From Pecten maximus (Eukaryota): 64,000 nucleotides of DNA. The notes beneath the pieces are model-generated. The model saw only the letters and a program-made list of their open reading frames with translations. It made no database searches and had not been told where the DNA came from. Shown piece by piece: positions 36,901 through 48,284 of the stretch. Within the stretch, counting starts at the first letter, position 1; the number at the start of each line of letters is the position of its first letter. Made by a program: the position numbers and the translations under genes. The stretch is taken from the NCBI RefSeq assembly GCF_902652985.1, contig NC_047022.1:7006001-7070000 (forward strand), in the 5' to 3' direction.

Positions 36901-39521
36901 CGGGCATTCTATTTATCCTATACCAGCGCAGCATCAACAACCCTAATCAAACACTCTAAGTCACGCACTCACCACAGGCCACATAACCAAGGAAGCAAGA
37001 CATGGAAAATTATCCATGAAATCTTCTATTACAAGAGCTTTCATTTGTAGAAGTTATTGATAACAGCATTGTAATTTTAATATGATTATTATTCACACTT
37101 CAATTGGTGATGCAATAATAATACGTGTCTTAGATTATATTTAAAGTCTGAAGTAATTTTACTTCAGATTGAACCAGCATCGTATTATATATCCAGTCCT
37201 TCAGTAGGATATGGTTATGATAAGGAACCTTTTTTTGCACGCACTTTTATCTAATAGCATAAATTATAATAAAGCATGACACATGACGAAATTCTAGGAA
37301 ATAATCAATGCTATATTTCTACATGAATACACCATTATACATTGTTATTTAATTCTATAATAATATAAGGCATTTTTGTTCCTGTTTTTTTTCTATATAT
37401 TTTATAGAGTTGTATATATTTATATATCTCTTTTTTGATATGCAATTATATTGTGATATACAAATATATTTTGATTGATGATTATATAGTAATGCTTATA
37501 TAATAATGCATATGAATATATATAATTTTATATTGATATATTTACCACCAATTGGTATTGCCTCAATATGACCTTTCCAACAATAGGTAAACTTTACCGG
37601 CTCATAACTGCCAACTGGCGTATGAATATAGCAGTAACACATATATGCGACTTCGCCAAATAAAATAATGTAAAATAAACCATCTGTCTCAGGAAACAAA
37701 TTGCAACAAGTGTAATATGTATTATCATTATATAATAGTAGTATATTTATTATTCTTGTCTGGTTTTATATTATCTTACGCACTATTTTAACGTGGAACA
37801 ACATGGCAGAGATGTCAGGCTCACAGCCGAGAATGGCTACGAAATTCGGTTTCCGTTAATTTTAGTGATTTTTATTTTAAATCGCAATTTTTTAAAAAGG
37901 CATTGTGTATTCCTCAAGCTATTAAGTATGGTTGGTCATTCTGACAACGACCTCTGGCAAATCAATCCTACAAAAATAGAGACGAAATCGGTAATATGCA
38001 TACTGAAAGCATATTGACAGGGTAACACTTGATCAGGTAAATATACTATGTTGGCCGGTGGTGACACAGCGTGGATGGCTTGGATAATGATATATGATGC
38101 TCTAAATTATGAAATGTAGTACATTTTCTTAAAAGTCTACCAAACAAGAAACGAATAAAGAACCGAGTCATAAAATAACAAATTCAGTACTAAATATCAA
38201 TGCGCTACGTCGTATTAATGTAAGTTTTATCTGTTCGTTTGTTATCTATTCTTTTTTTAGTATTCCGATGATAGTTATATTTCCGTTACGTATTACTATG
38301 ATTACGTTTATCTGACGCTGGTTTTGTTCTCAATAGATGCATACAGGCAAATCCAACTTTTCCGTGTCGTAGGAAACAGGATATATTCCGATAGGATAAT
38401 AATATCAAAGAAAATATCAAATTATATATTTCTAATGAGAACGTATTGCAAAGAGCATTAAATTATGTATGTAGATAAAACAATTATAGCAAAGAAAAGA
38501 AATCTTTCGAAGAGATGATTAAGGAATATAACATAATTGTCTTTCGTCAGGATAACTATCTTTGTAAAAATCGCATGATCTATATTGAACAGTGAATGAT
38601 AGCATGTGCATTCAAATTAAACAGTTCGGCAGGATAAGCTGGTTCAAAATAAGGATTTCAGTATATTGATGATATGACAATTTTATAGGTAAATAAATAA
38701 ACTGTATTGCATTAAAATGAAGTTCCCGGAGTAAGAAATTGAAAGTGAATAAAGAAACACATTATGATATAATTAGACCTCATTTAATAAAATTAATCGA
38801 ATAAAAAGGAAGCGAGCGAAACTGTTGCTGTAAGATTAATTTACAATTCTAATTTCCGTACCATATCGAAATTATGGCATTTTGTATGTATTTCAACTTT
38901 GGTCAAAATGCTTCTTAATTTTGATATTTTCTAAGGAAACCCGATTGAAAACTAAGCAACAGCCCATTGACGTTTAGCTTTGTTCTGTTTCAGATATTCA
39001 TCGCAAAATTCAGTGATTCCATCTTGTATTTGAAGAGGTGTGATATTAACGGCCATTGAACAACAGATATCCCGAATGACAGACGTCATGAAAGTAGTAC
39101 AAGGTCTCTTAAGGAATGGATTGATTCATTTTATTACAAGACAGAAGTAAGAGAGATCGTTTACTAGTATGCCTATTATAGTAAGACTTTCTTCCAGTCT
39201 TTCAACCTCGAGCATTAAAAATAGCATATAACGGAGAGAATACTTATCAGGAGGACTCATGTGGAAGGAGATTAAGTACTTAACATACATATCAGAACAT
39301 ATACATCAGAAATCTTACATTTGTTTACACCTAGTAAGATATTAAGCATATAGTTATAGTCTTGAATTAACTCATCAGACACACCTACTGATGAGATGTC
39401 TTACAATTGGGATATAGGTGTATTTCATCATTTATCTCAGTTTAAGATACACCACTAGAAAGACGGTTTACGAATGTGACATTTCCTGATTTTCTGATTC
39501 ATAAAAAGGCAACCCGAAAAT

Positions 39522-41525
39522 ATGGACCTAATAAAGTACGATATATGTGGCAAAGGATTCGATCTGAAATCATATACTAACCGACATTTGGTTGCACTTA
39601 CCAACGAAAAACCTTACAAGTGCGATTTCTGTGATAAGAAATTTAAACTATTATCATTTCTCAAGAAACATGAAATCGGACATACTGGAGAAAAGACCCA
39701 CATATGCGATATCTGTGGTAAAGGATTTGGTCTTAAATCAGATCTCAGCCATCATCGGGTAGATCATATTGGTGAGAAACCTTACAAATGTGGTGTTTGT
39801 GGTAGGGGATTCGGTCGGAAATCAGCTCTGTACTTACATCGGAAGGCCCATACAAGAGAGAAACATTACAAATGCGATATTTGTGATAAAGAATATAGAC
39901 GATCATATGATCTAAAATATCACAAAATAACACATACTAGAGAAAAACCATTCACATGCGATATTTGTGGTGAAGGATTTCGTAGGAAATCTAATCTCTA
40001 CCGACATCGGACAACACATACCGGAGAGAAACCTTACAAATGCGATGTTTGTGGAAAGGGATTTAGTTACGTTTATTTACTAAAGCGACATAACATGACA
40101 CATACTGGAGAGAAACCAAATACTTGCGATGTTTGTGGTAAGAGATTTAGTCAGCCATTTTCCCTTAAACAACATTTGATAACACATACTAGAGATAACT
40201 CTTTACAATGGAATACTGATAGCAAAGGATTAGGCCAGAAAATAGGTCCAAAGGGACATAAGATAACCCAAAGCAGAGAAAAACTTCACAAATGTGATAT
40301 TTGTGGTAAGGCATTTAGTTACGTTTATTTACTCAAGAGCCATAAAATCGCACATACTGGAGAGAAACCTTACACATGTGATGTATGTGGAAAGGTATTC
40401 AGTGAGACAAGTTATTTAAGTCGACATCTGATAACTCATACTGGAGAGAAATCTTACAAATGTGATGTTTGTGGTAAGGCATTTCCTAACTCATATTTAC
40501 TTAAGCGACATCAAATAACACATACCGGAGAGAAACCCCACACATGTGATATTTGTGGTAAGGGATTTTTTCAGGCATCTCATCTTAAACGACATCGGGT
40601 TACACATACGGGAGAAAAACCTTATACTTGTGATGTTTGTGGTAAGGGATTCAGTCATGCATGCTATGTTAGTCAACATCGGAAGATACATACGGGAGAA
40701 AAACCTTATACTTGTGATGTTTGCGGTAAGGGATTTAGACGATCATATCATCTGAAAACACATAAAATAACACATACTGGAGAGAAACCTCACACATGCG
40801 ATATTTGTGGTAAGGGATTTTGTCAGGCATCTCATCTCAAACGACATCGGGTTACACATACGGGAGAAAAACCTTATACTTGTGATGTTTGTGGTAAGGG
40901 ATTTAGACGATCATATCATCTGAAAACACATAAAATAACACATACTGGAGAGAAACCCTACAAATGTGATATTTGCGGAAGTGGATTCGGTCAGACTTCA
41001 ACTCTTAACCGACATCGGATAGCACATGCCACACATAATTCTATCAAATGTGATGTCTGTGGTGAAGAATTCAGTCAACCATCAGCTTGTAAAAGACATA
41101 AAACAACACATACCGGGGGCATGTGTAATAAGGCAACTTATGACACGGCAGTTACAACGGATCAGATCAACTGTAGTGGTGATAAGGTTAAATCAGTGTC
41201 CCTACAACAAATTCCTTCAATATCACAAAACACTGCAAATTACACTAAACAAAACTTTGAAATGAGTGATGAAACTTGTGTTGAAGAACCTGTCAGTGTT
41301 TGTAAGACTACCTGTACTAGCGAGAAAATCGGCGTTATGGAGACTGTCAATATTAATGAGACTGTCAGTGCAAGCAAGAATGTCAGTGTAAGAGAGACAA
41401 CTAAAGTAAACGCTACTGCCATTTGCAGTATTGACACACGTGATAGCGGTACCACCAGTACTAGTGTTGCTGGGGCTTATGATGTAGGTACTGATATATA
41501 TGTAGGATACATACACGTACGATAG
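39522..41525 (+). CDS. C2H2 zinc-finger protein, 667 aa, 17 intact and 2 degenerate fingers; paralog of 14041-15672
   Basis: Tandem CxxC..HxxxH with HTGEKPY linkers. The C-terminus is shortened by a frameshift near 41503-41508; the ancestral stop is at about 41640. Confidence 0.92.
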   Translation: MDLIKYDICGKGFDLKSYTNRHLVALTNEKPYKCDFCDKKFKLLSFLKKHEIGHTGEKTHICDICGKGFGLKSDLSHHRVDHIGEKPYKCGVCGRGFGRKSALYLHRKAHTREKHYKCDICDKEYRRSYDLKYHKITHTREKPFTCDICGEGFRRKSNLYRHRTTHTGEKPYKCDVCGKGFSYVYLLKRHNMTHTGEKPNTCDVCGKRFSQPFSLKQHLITHTRDNSLQWNTDSKGLGQKIGPKGHKITQSREKLHKCDICGKAFSYVYLLKSHKIAHTGEKPYTCDVCGKVFSETSYLSRHLITHTGEKSYKCDVCGKAFPNSYLLKRHQITHTGEKPHTCDICGKGFFQASHLKRHRVTHTGEKPYTCDVCGKGFSHACYVSQHRKIHTGEKPYTCDVCGKGFRRSYHLKTHKITHTGEKPHTCDICGKGFCQASHLKRHRVTHTGEKPYTCDVCGKGFRRSYHLKTHKITHTGEKPYKCDICGSGFGQTSTLNRHRIAHATHNSIKCDVCGEEFSQPSACKRHKTTHTGGMCNKATYDTAVTTDQINCSGDKVKSVSLQQIPSISQNTANYTKQNFEMSDETCVEEPVSVCKTTCTSEKIGVMETVNINETVSASKNVSVRETTKVNATAICSIDTRDSGTTSTSVAGAYDVGTDIYVGYIHVR

Positions 41526-42253
41526 TAATGTAATGTATCCCGGAATGAAGATCATAAAGACGGAGGAAGGTGTTCCGGTGATTACGTATAGCGTTGAGAA
41601 TATGGTACAGCATTACTATGGAATACAGACTGGAAGGTGAATAAGGATGAATACAATTTATAATTTTCATGGTGTAAGGTGGCTGAAAACGAATAACGAT
41701 AAATGCTGGTAACTGGGTAGTGTGTAGAACACTATAAAACACCATTTATTCGAACATGCAGTACTCCAGTACCAGTATTCGACGAACTGGTGGCTTGGTC
41801 TCGGCAGAGTCCTATTATATCTTATCTTATACAATGAATTTTAAAAAGCATCATTCCGAAAGGATAAAATGAGATGTCAGTTTTTGCACCCGTAATAGAT
41901 AACCGAATCAGTGAAATAATATTCCTCGATAACACCCTGGTCGTACTTATCATAGATTTTAATGTTCATTATGTTATCACTATGTATCACTATGTTAATG
42001 ATTTTGATCGGAGAATTGTCTAATGTGAACGACGAGACAAATGGAAGTTGTCCATTTGAGGTATGTAGGGCCTTAATTTTTGTAGATTCGAATAAAATCA
42101 ATGATTTATTTGTCGAATAGAAAAGAGGGGTATCATCTACGAAAGATAACTGTAAATGTTGGCAAATAAGCGTATAATGCAAGTTTTAGAAGAATAAAGG
42201 AACCTTATGTGGTTAAAACATATTGCACAACATAACTTTGCTGTTACCATCGT

Positions 42254-42443
42254 AATCTGTACCTTATTGAGGCAGATCATGCCAATTTTGATCAGATATT
42301 TGTCACTATGGATGAAACACAGGTTCATTATTTGACCCTAGATACCAAACAACAATCGAATCATTAGAAGCACCCTTGCTCTCCTCCGCCAATGAAGGCA
42401 AAGACTATTCCATCAGCTGGGATGGCAATTGCCTCGGTGTTTT
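42254..42443 (+). pseudogene. Mariner transposase relic
   Basis: NLYLIEADHANFDQIFVTMDETQVHY / DTKQQSNH*KHPCSPPPMKAKTIPSAGMAIASVF matches the mariner first-Asp region; one frameshift and one stop. Confidence 0.8.
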
Positions 42444-42456
42444 TTTTTGTTTTTTT

Positions 42457-42873
42457 TTTATTGTTTCCATGGTAAATACTCAAATGTGATTGGTCGAAAA
42501 ATTCTTTTCTTTCTTCTATGAAAGAAATTCCGAGAATGGCGCGGAAAATGTGACGTCACAATACGACAATTGACGTTGCGTATTGATTTGAGAAAAAAAA
42601 TCCCATTAAAAACCAGTAAAATTGTACATAAAACATGTTTTGAATTAGAAAATCATTTTCAAAAATTAATTATAAGCGTTGATGTCATTTTTTTTTAGTT
42701 TCATCGGGGTATGAAACAAATTTTGTTTGCAAACTTCTGTAAGAATCCGCTACAAATTTTGTTTGCAAACTTCTGTAAGAATCCGCTACTCGGATTCATA
42801 CAGTTTGCAAACAAAATTTGTTTCGTACCCCGATGAAACTAAAAAAAAAAAAAAAAAATGACAGCAATGCTTA
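42457..42873. mobile_element. Non-autonomous element ending in a 200-bp hairpin (Crypton-like)
   Basis: Arms 42673-42735 and about 42797-42873 are reverse complements (tagtttcatcggggtatgaaacaaattttgtttgcaaact). Family name is inference. Confidence 0.55.
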
Positions 42874-43837
42874 AATGTCCGCCAAAGTTCAAAACCTTCA
42901 ATATGAGGCAACATATCAATCAGCCCTCGTATTTATACTAAAGTATGTAAATTTGTAATCTATTAGACATTTGCAATTTCAATACAGCTGTGAAGGATAT
43001 GTGATTTTTTTTCTATATCTTCCAGACATGTTAAAACTATGGTAACCTCTTCAAACAACCTAAACAATTGCAAAAAATATAAAGATTTTTGACTAAAAAT
43101 GACAGAAATTCCGACACAGTTCTCTTTTCCAGACACATATTTCCCATGAAATACCCTAATTCCAATTACAGAATCAATAGTGTTTTGATATATGTTAATT
43201 ATTAAGGTTTTTTCTGCTATCTTACCTGGTACATTTCTTTAACAATTGTGAAGCCTGTATATGCTACTTCATTATTGATGATTTAACTATTTAATTAGTT
43301 TATTTTCTTTTTTCTATGCTAATTAAAATGCTTAAGAAGTTTCCAATGGCCAATCGATTCTACTGTAAACTGCCACCACAAAACAAAGAATGTATGTAAT
43401 GGTTAACGGATGTGAGCATTTCAGATACATGTAAATAGTCTAATAGCTATTTTTGCGGAAGTCGTGTCAGTGTGCCCAGGTTAAAATGTCTAAATTGATA
43501 TGTTCATTTCATACTCATTAAACGACGATTGTTTATAAATACAATCAGCCTATGTAGAAAAAAGGACATTCTATAGATACATGTATATAGACTTTAAAAC
43601 AATGTATACTTCGTTTACTGGCTGTATGCGCATATGGGTTAATGTTGCATTTATAATCAAAAAGAACAAAAAACGTCATGTTTTAATATAAATTCAATAT
43701 TTAATGATTTCCCGGTTAGTTCTGTTTGTTTTTTTGATCGGATTTTAATGTTAGGTGTCCAACGTCTTTATCGGGATGTTTTCGTCGTTCCTCGTGTTCT
43801 CGCGTGGCCACGTGACCGGCACGAAGGACTACATTAA

Positions 43838-44176
43838 CACTTGGTCGGTAAATATGGCCAGAGCACCCGACCAACGTATTTTGTCGTACAAACAGATATG
43901 ATACACTTATTCATCGTGCTAAGAAACCGAGAAAAAGTGCTGTACATTCTTCTATTTATTCAAGTATGGTTACATAACGGCGTTATAAACTGGTGTTAAT
44001 TGGAGAAGTGCCGATTAATTGACTACTTTTTAAGTAATTTTGACGATGTTTGTCATTTTCGTAAGAATGTATAGCACTTTTCGTTGTTCTCATACAATTA
44101 CCTTCACGCTCTTACCTGTTTCATAAGTATTGATTTAGGGTAGTCGGGTGCTCTAGGACGATTCATAGAGCAAGTG
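43838..44176. mobile_element. piggyBac-like MITE
   Basis: TTAA|CACTTG ... CAAGTG|TTAA plus internal inverted repeat AGAGCACCCGAC / GTCGGGTGCTCT. Confidence 0.75.
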
Positions 44177-47100
44177 TTAATGTTCATTCTCCAATATTGG
44201 AACTCTTCAGTGTTTTAAGTATCGAAATCGGCATATAGAAACGAACAAACGTTAATAAACGAATGCAATGGATCGTAATTAATTCAATTAATTAACTACA
44301 GATGATTTCCAAAGACATAAGGTATAGTTAGAAGTTTTCGGCTGTACACGTGCAAGTTTGTAAATTCGTCACTGTGATGAAACCACCGTCCTCGTCGTTG
44401 CCATGACAGCCGATCGAAGCTGCGATCACGAATGCACTGACAAAGTGAAAGTTGAAGTATTTTTCGCAACATGCGGTTTAAACTTAAAATTACATTCACA
44501 CCTCATATTGATTGGGGTTGTTTAATCATACCTGATCAATTGAATTATCAGAAAACTAACAAAAACATTTAAAAACACAGAATGAAGCCTTCGTGTCAGA
44601 CAGTGCAGACACAACGCGGGATCTGTAAACAATGTGACGTCATTGGAATGTACAAGTTGCAACAATGTACAACAATGTATATTTTACATGAATACACTAA
44701 TGAGCAACAAAACGGGACGCAACATTAACCCACATGCGTGGATATTGGCATTCCAGCTGCATAGTTCAATAGGTTGCTTATGTAGCTGTACGGCCGACGT
44801 CATGTTTGGGTATCGAAAAGATAAGCAGCGTTGAGTTTACAAACAGGAAAACAATTTCTCAGTTTTCAGTCTTCATACTTTACAACTTTAGTAAAGTTTA
44901 CTGCTAATGTCTTGTGATTAGTATACCATAAACTTACATTTTGAAGCTTAGAGCTTATGGATCATGCAAATATCTGGTCAGAGGCAGCTACGTAAACAAT
45001 TCGATGTCGTAGATAACAGATGAAAGTGAATGTGTAATACCAAGTGTGCAGTGCGTACCTAACCAAAAATCGAGCACATAAATGACTGGAGATATGCGCA
45101 TATGTAACTGAAGCAGCAATTCTGAGAGCACACACAAAACTTCATTAGGATTTCTTTGTTTTCGGCTAGATTGATGTGTCATTACTGCGTGTGGCTACAG
45201 TAATCCGAAAGTTTCTGTTGTTTTATCGGCTTTTAAAACATCGAATATGGGCCGACTTATATTGGACTCATGTCAAAGTGATAAAAATATGGAGGGTTAC
45301 CAAAGCGTCATCGTGTCGGCCCTTCATTACCATTTTGTATGGATAGATAATACATGTATTGAACCATTTTTCTAAAAAATAGGTTTCGGTGAGACATATA
45401 TCACGTGTTCTTCACTACAAATATTTCCGTGACATGATGAATCCCCTGATCTTAAATCTGGGTCAAGGTCGTTTATTTCGAAAACTCTATTTGGTTCCAT
45501 CATCTGCCATATTTACTGTACGGAGTGAGTTTGTACTGGCGTCTGATTGACTAATATTTATAGCAGTTGTTTTGGATTCAGGTATTAGCATGCGAGGCTC
45601 ACGGCGGGATTTTGGATTTCAATATCACATCTCATTTCGTCCTGTGCGGACTGTTTAGACCAAAAACCATTGCATACATTGTGTAGTGATATAATGCTTT
45701 TTGTTATAGGCCTCGGCAAAACAAACAGGCAGTATTATTTCTGTCTTGAAAATGATTGAAGACACCTTTTTTTCATACTCTCTCTGTAACCTACGTAACT
45801 GAAACTTAATATGCTAATCGTCGATCAATGTAGTATTCGGAAAACAATTTTGATACATTACGCTAATTTGCATCTGATACCGTGACTTTCTATTGTGCCG
45901 TAAAGCATGGCGATGATTTTAGCAAGTATAATGATAAATTGTTTGATAAGAACACGTCAAATAAATTACTCTAGATTTGCTGATGTGTGCGGGATCTTTT
46001 AATACTAGATTTTGGTTTTGTGACATTTCGATGATCAGAGAATACACTGATCTCATGTAACAATACTCCTCAACGTTACAATATTATCGGCACTAAGGGA
46101 AACGACCGTGACTGTTAATGTCAAACATGTCCAATTACACATATTGATTGGAAGTTTGATCCGACAATGTTTGGTGCTAAAAGTCATACCATTATGATTT
46201 TACAGAATTTGATGTTATCGTCACGAAAATGAAAATGTATTTGTTTTGACAACTTGAACCTAAAACAAGGTTTCGTTGAACAAGACAAATTCCCCGATTG
46301 ATTTAAGGTGTTCAATCGGACCGTTTTCTTTTTTTAGAGAGAGCACTACTATACCATTGAATCATGAGCTATCATTGTTGACAGAACCACAACTGGCCTT
46401 TACATATCCAGCTTTACTACGGAGCTTAACCTAGAAGTTAAATCATTTGAATTGTTACGTTTTATGTTTTATTATCAAATCACATAAATAACAAAAATTC
46501 AATTCAAGTTCAAAATTTCCAGCTGCTATCTTCTTGTTTGTTTCAACCTTCCCCCACACATAGGTAAGATCTGGATAAGATATGGTATACCGAATCGGCC
46601 TTGACCTTCTGTATAGCCACAACTACAAAGGTTAACAAAGGAGTCAGATTATACATAATATGAGTAAGAAATATTTATTAAAAGCCATAGCGTAGTACAA
46701 TTTATATAGAGTTTCCAACACAAGAATAAACTTCACACAATAATTCCAGCAACGAAACCTTTTCCATGAAATTGATAAGGAACCGGCGTTTTCCGTCGTA
46801 AACATGACGAAGCTAACTTGGTTGCACAAATGTATTGACATGTGCATCGCCATAACCTCCTTTAGTGTTGCTCTATTTTGTATATAGTGACCGCTATTTA
46901 GATAATCGCTTTTATATCGATTATTTGTTTTAAAAAAGGTTTTTATGTTTTGTAGGTTACTAGATATATAATCGGATTGCAATAAAATAAATGATTCTTT
47001 TTTATGTTTTCCATTGTTTAACATCATATTTACTATTACTATTTTTGTTTAGGTGAACAACGATGCATGTTCTTTCTTCTTACAGATAATATATATTGTT

Positions 47101-48284
47101 CAAAAACGAATACAATCACTTTTAAAATGTAAGATATCAATAACCTGGTAATACCCACGAAATATTTTTTCTTCAGTATGTTTCTCTATCATTAAGTCGG
47201 AAATCAAGTAAGTTTTCTCCTATGTGATCAATATTTGCTTTCAATTAGCTGATTAATTATGCAAGTATCCAGATGATCTTTCTCAAATAGCTAACATTAA
47301 AGCCTCTCTTTCTTTTCATAGCATATTAATTGTGACAAAGTTACAAAAAGGTTTTAGTTGATGATGGACTATATATCCTATGATTAGAATAAATACTTTT
47401 CTTCGTGATTTCAATTAAAACTGAGAAAGTACCCACTGATTACTGGAATCTCTAATATGGTGATATATTCTCTATATGCGATCGAATGACCCGCGAAAGC
47501 ACACATACGCGAACGGATTTGTTCTGAATAAAGACAGAATGGCAATGAACGTCACCGTTCAGAAGCCAAAAGTCGATTCGTCGTAATGGTTGCTGACGCA
47601 TATAAATGACGTACAGTGTCAAGGTAAGATTAAAAATCAAAGATATGTTGAACGTAAAAAAGACCGTTAATTGTTAGTGCAATGTTTTGACATTTGCTTA
47701 ACAAGGACATGTAATTTGGCGTGCGCAAGGTTGGTTGACGTCTTATTCAGATTTTTATAGGTGGATTTGACGTGACTCTAGATAATTATTATAAAAAAGA
47801 GAGGCTTCAACAGCTGATGTGCTGATCGTGTATATATTCATGAACATGTAATTAAGTATAAAACATTATCTACCTACATATTTCTGTTTACAGTAGAATA
47901 GTGAAATCCACTTTACCTTAACGACTTAATATTTCTAATACCTGTAGCATGTTTCTACAAGGTCTTGCTCTACAAATCCTTCCAAATTGAGTCTGACTAG
48001 TCATGAGTTCCTCAGAAACACTGAACAATGGATAATCTTGTCTTAATAACGCACTCCTATATCATAAGTGTGTTGGTTCAGAGGGATTATTTCCAGTTGC
48101 GAGTTGCAAAGTGCGAGTTGCGAAGAAGTGAGCCTCGTTGGTCCCTGCATCATCGTCATGGTAACTTTCTAGCTACTTTTTTTCAGACAACGTTTGTTTT
48201 CGCATACAAACACACATACATATATATATGTCCTTCTTGTATATATAATTTCTTTTGTGAAATGATCCTGTGACAATGTTCTGT

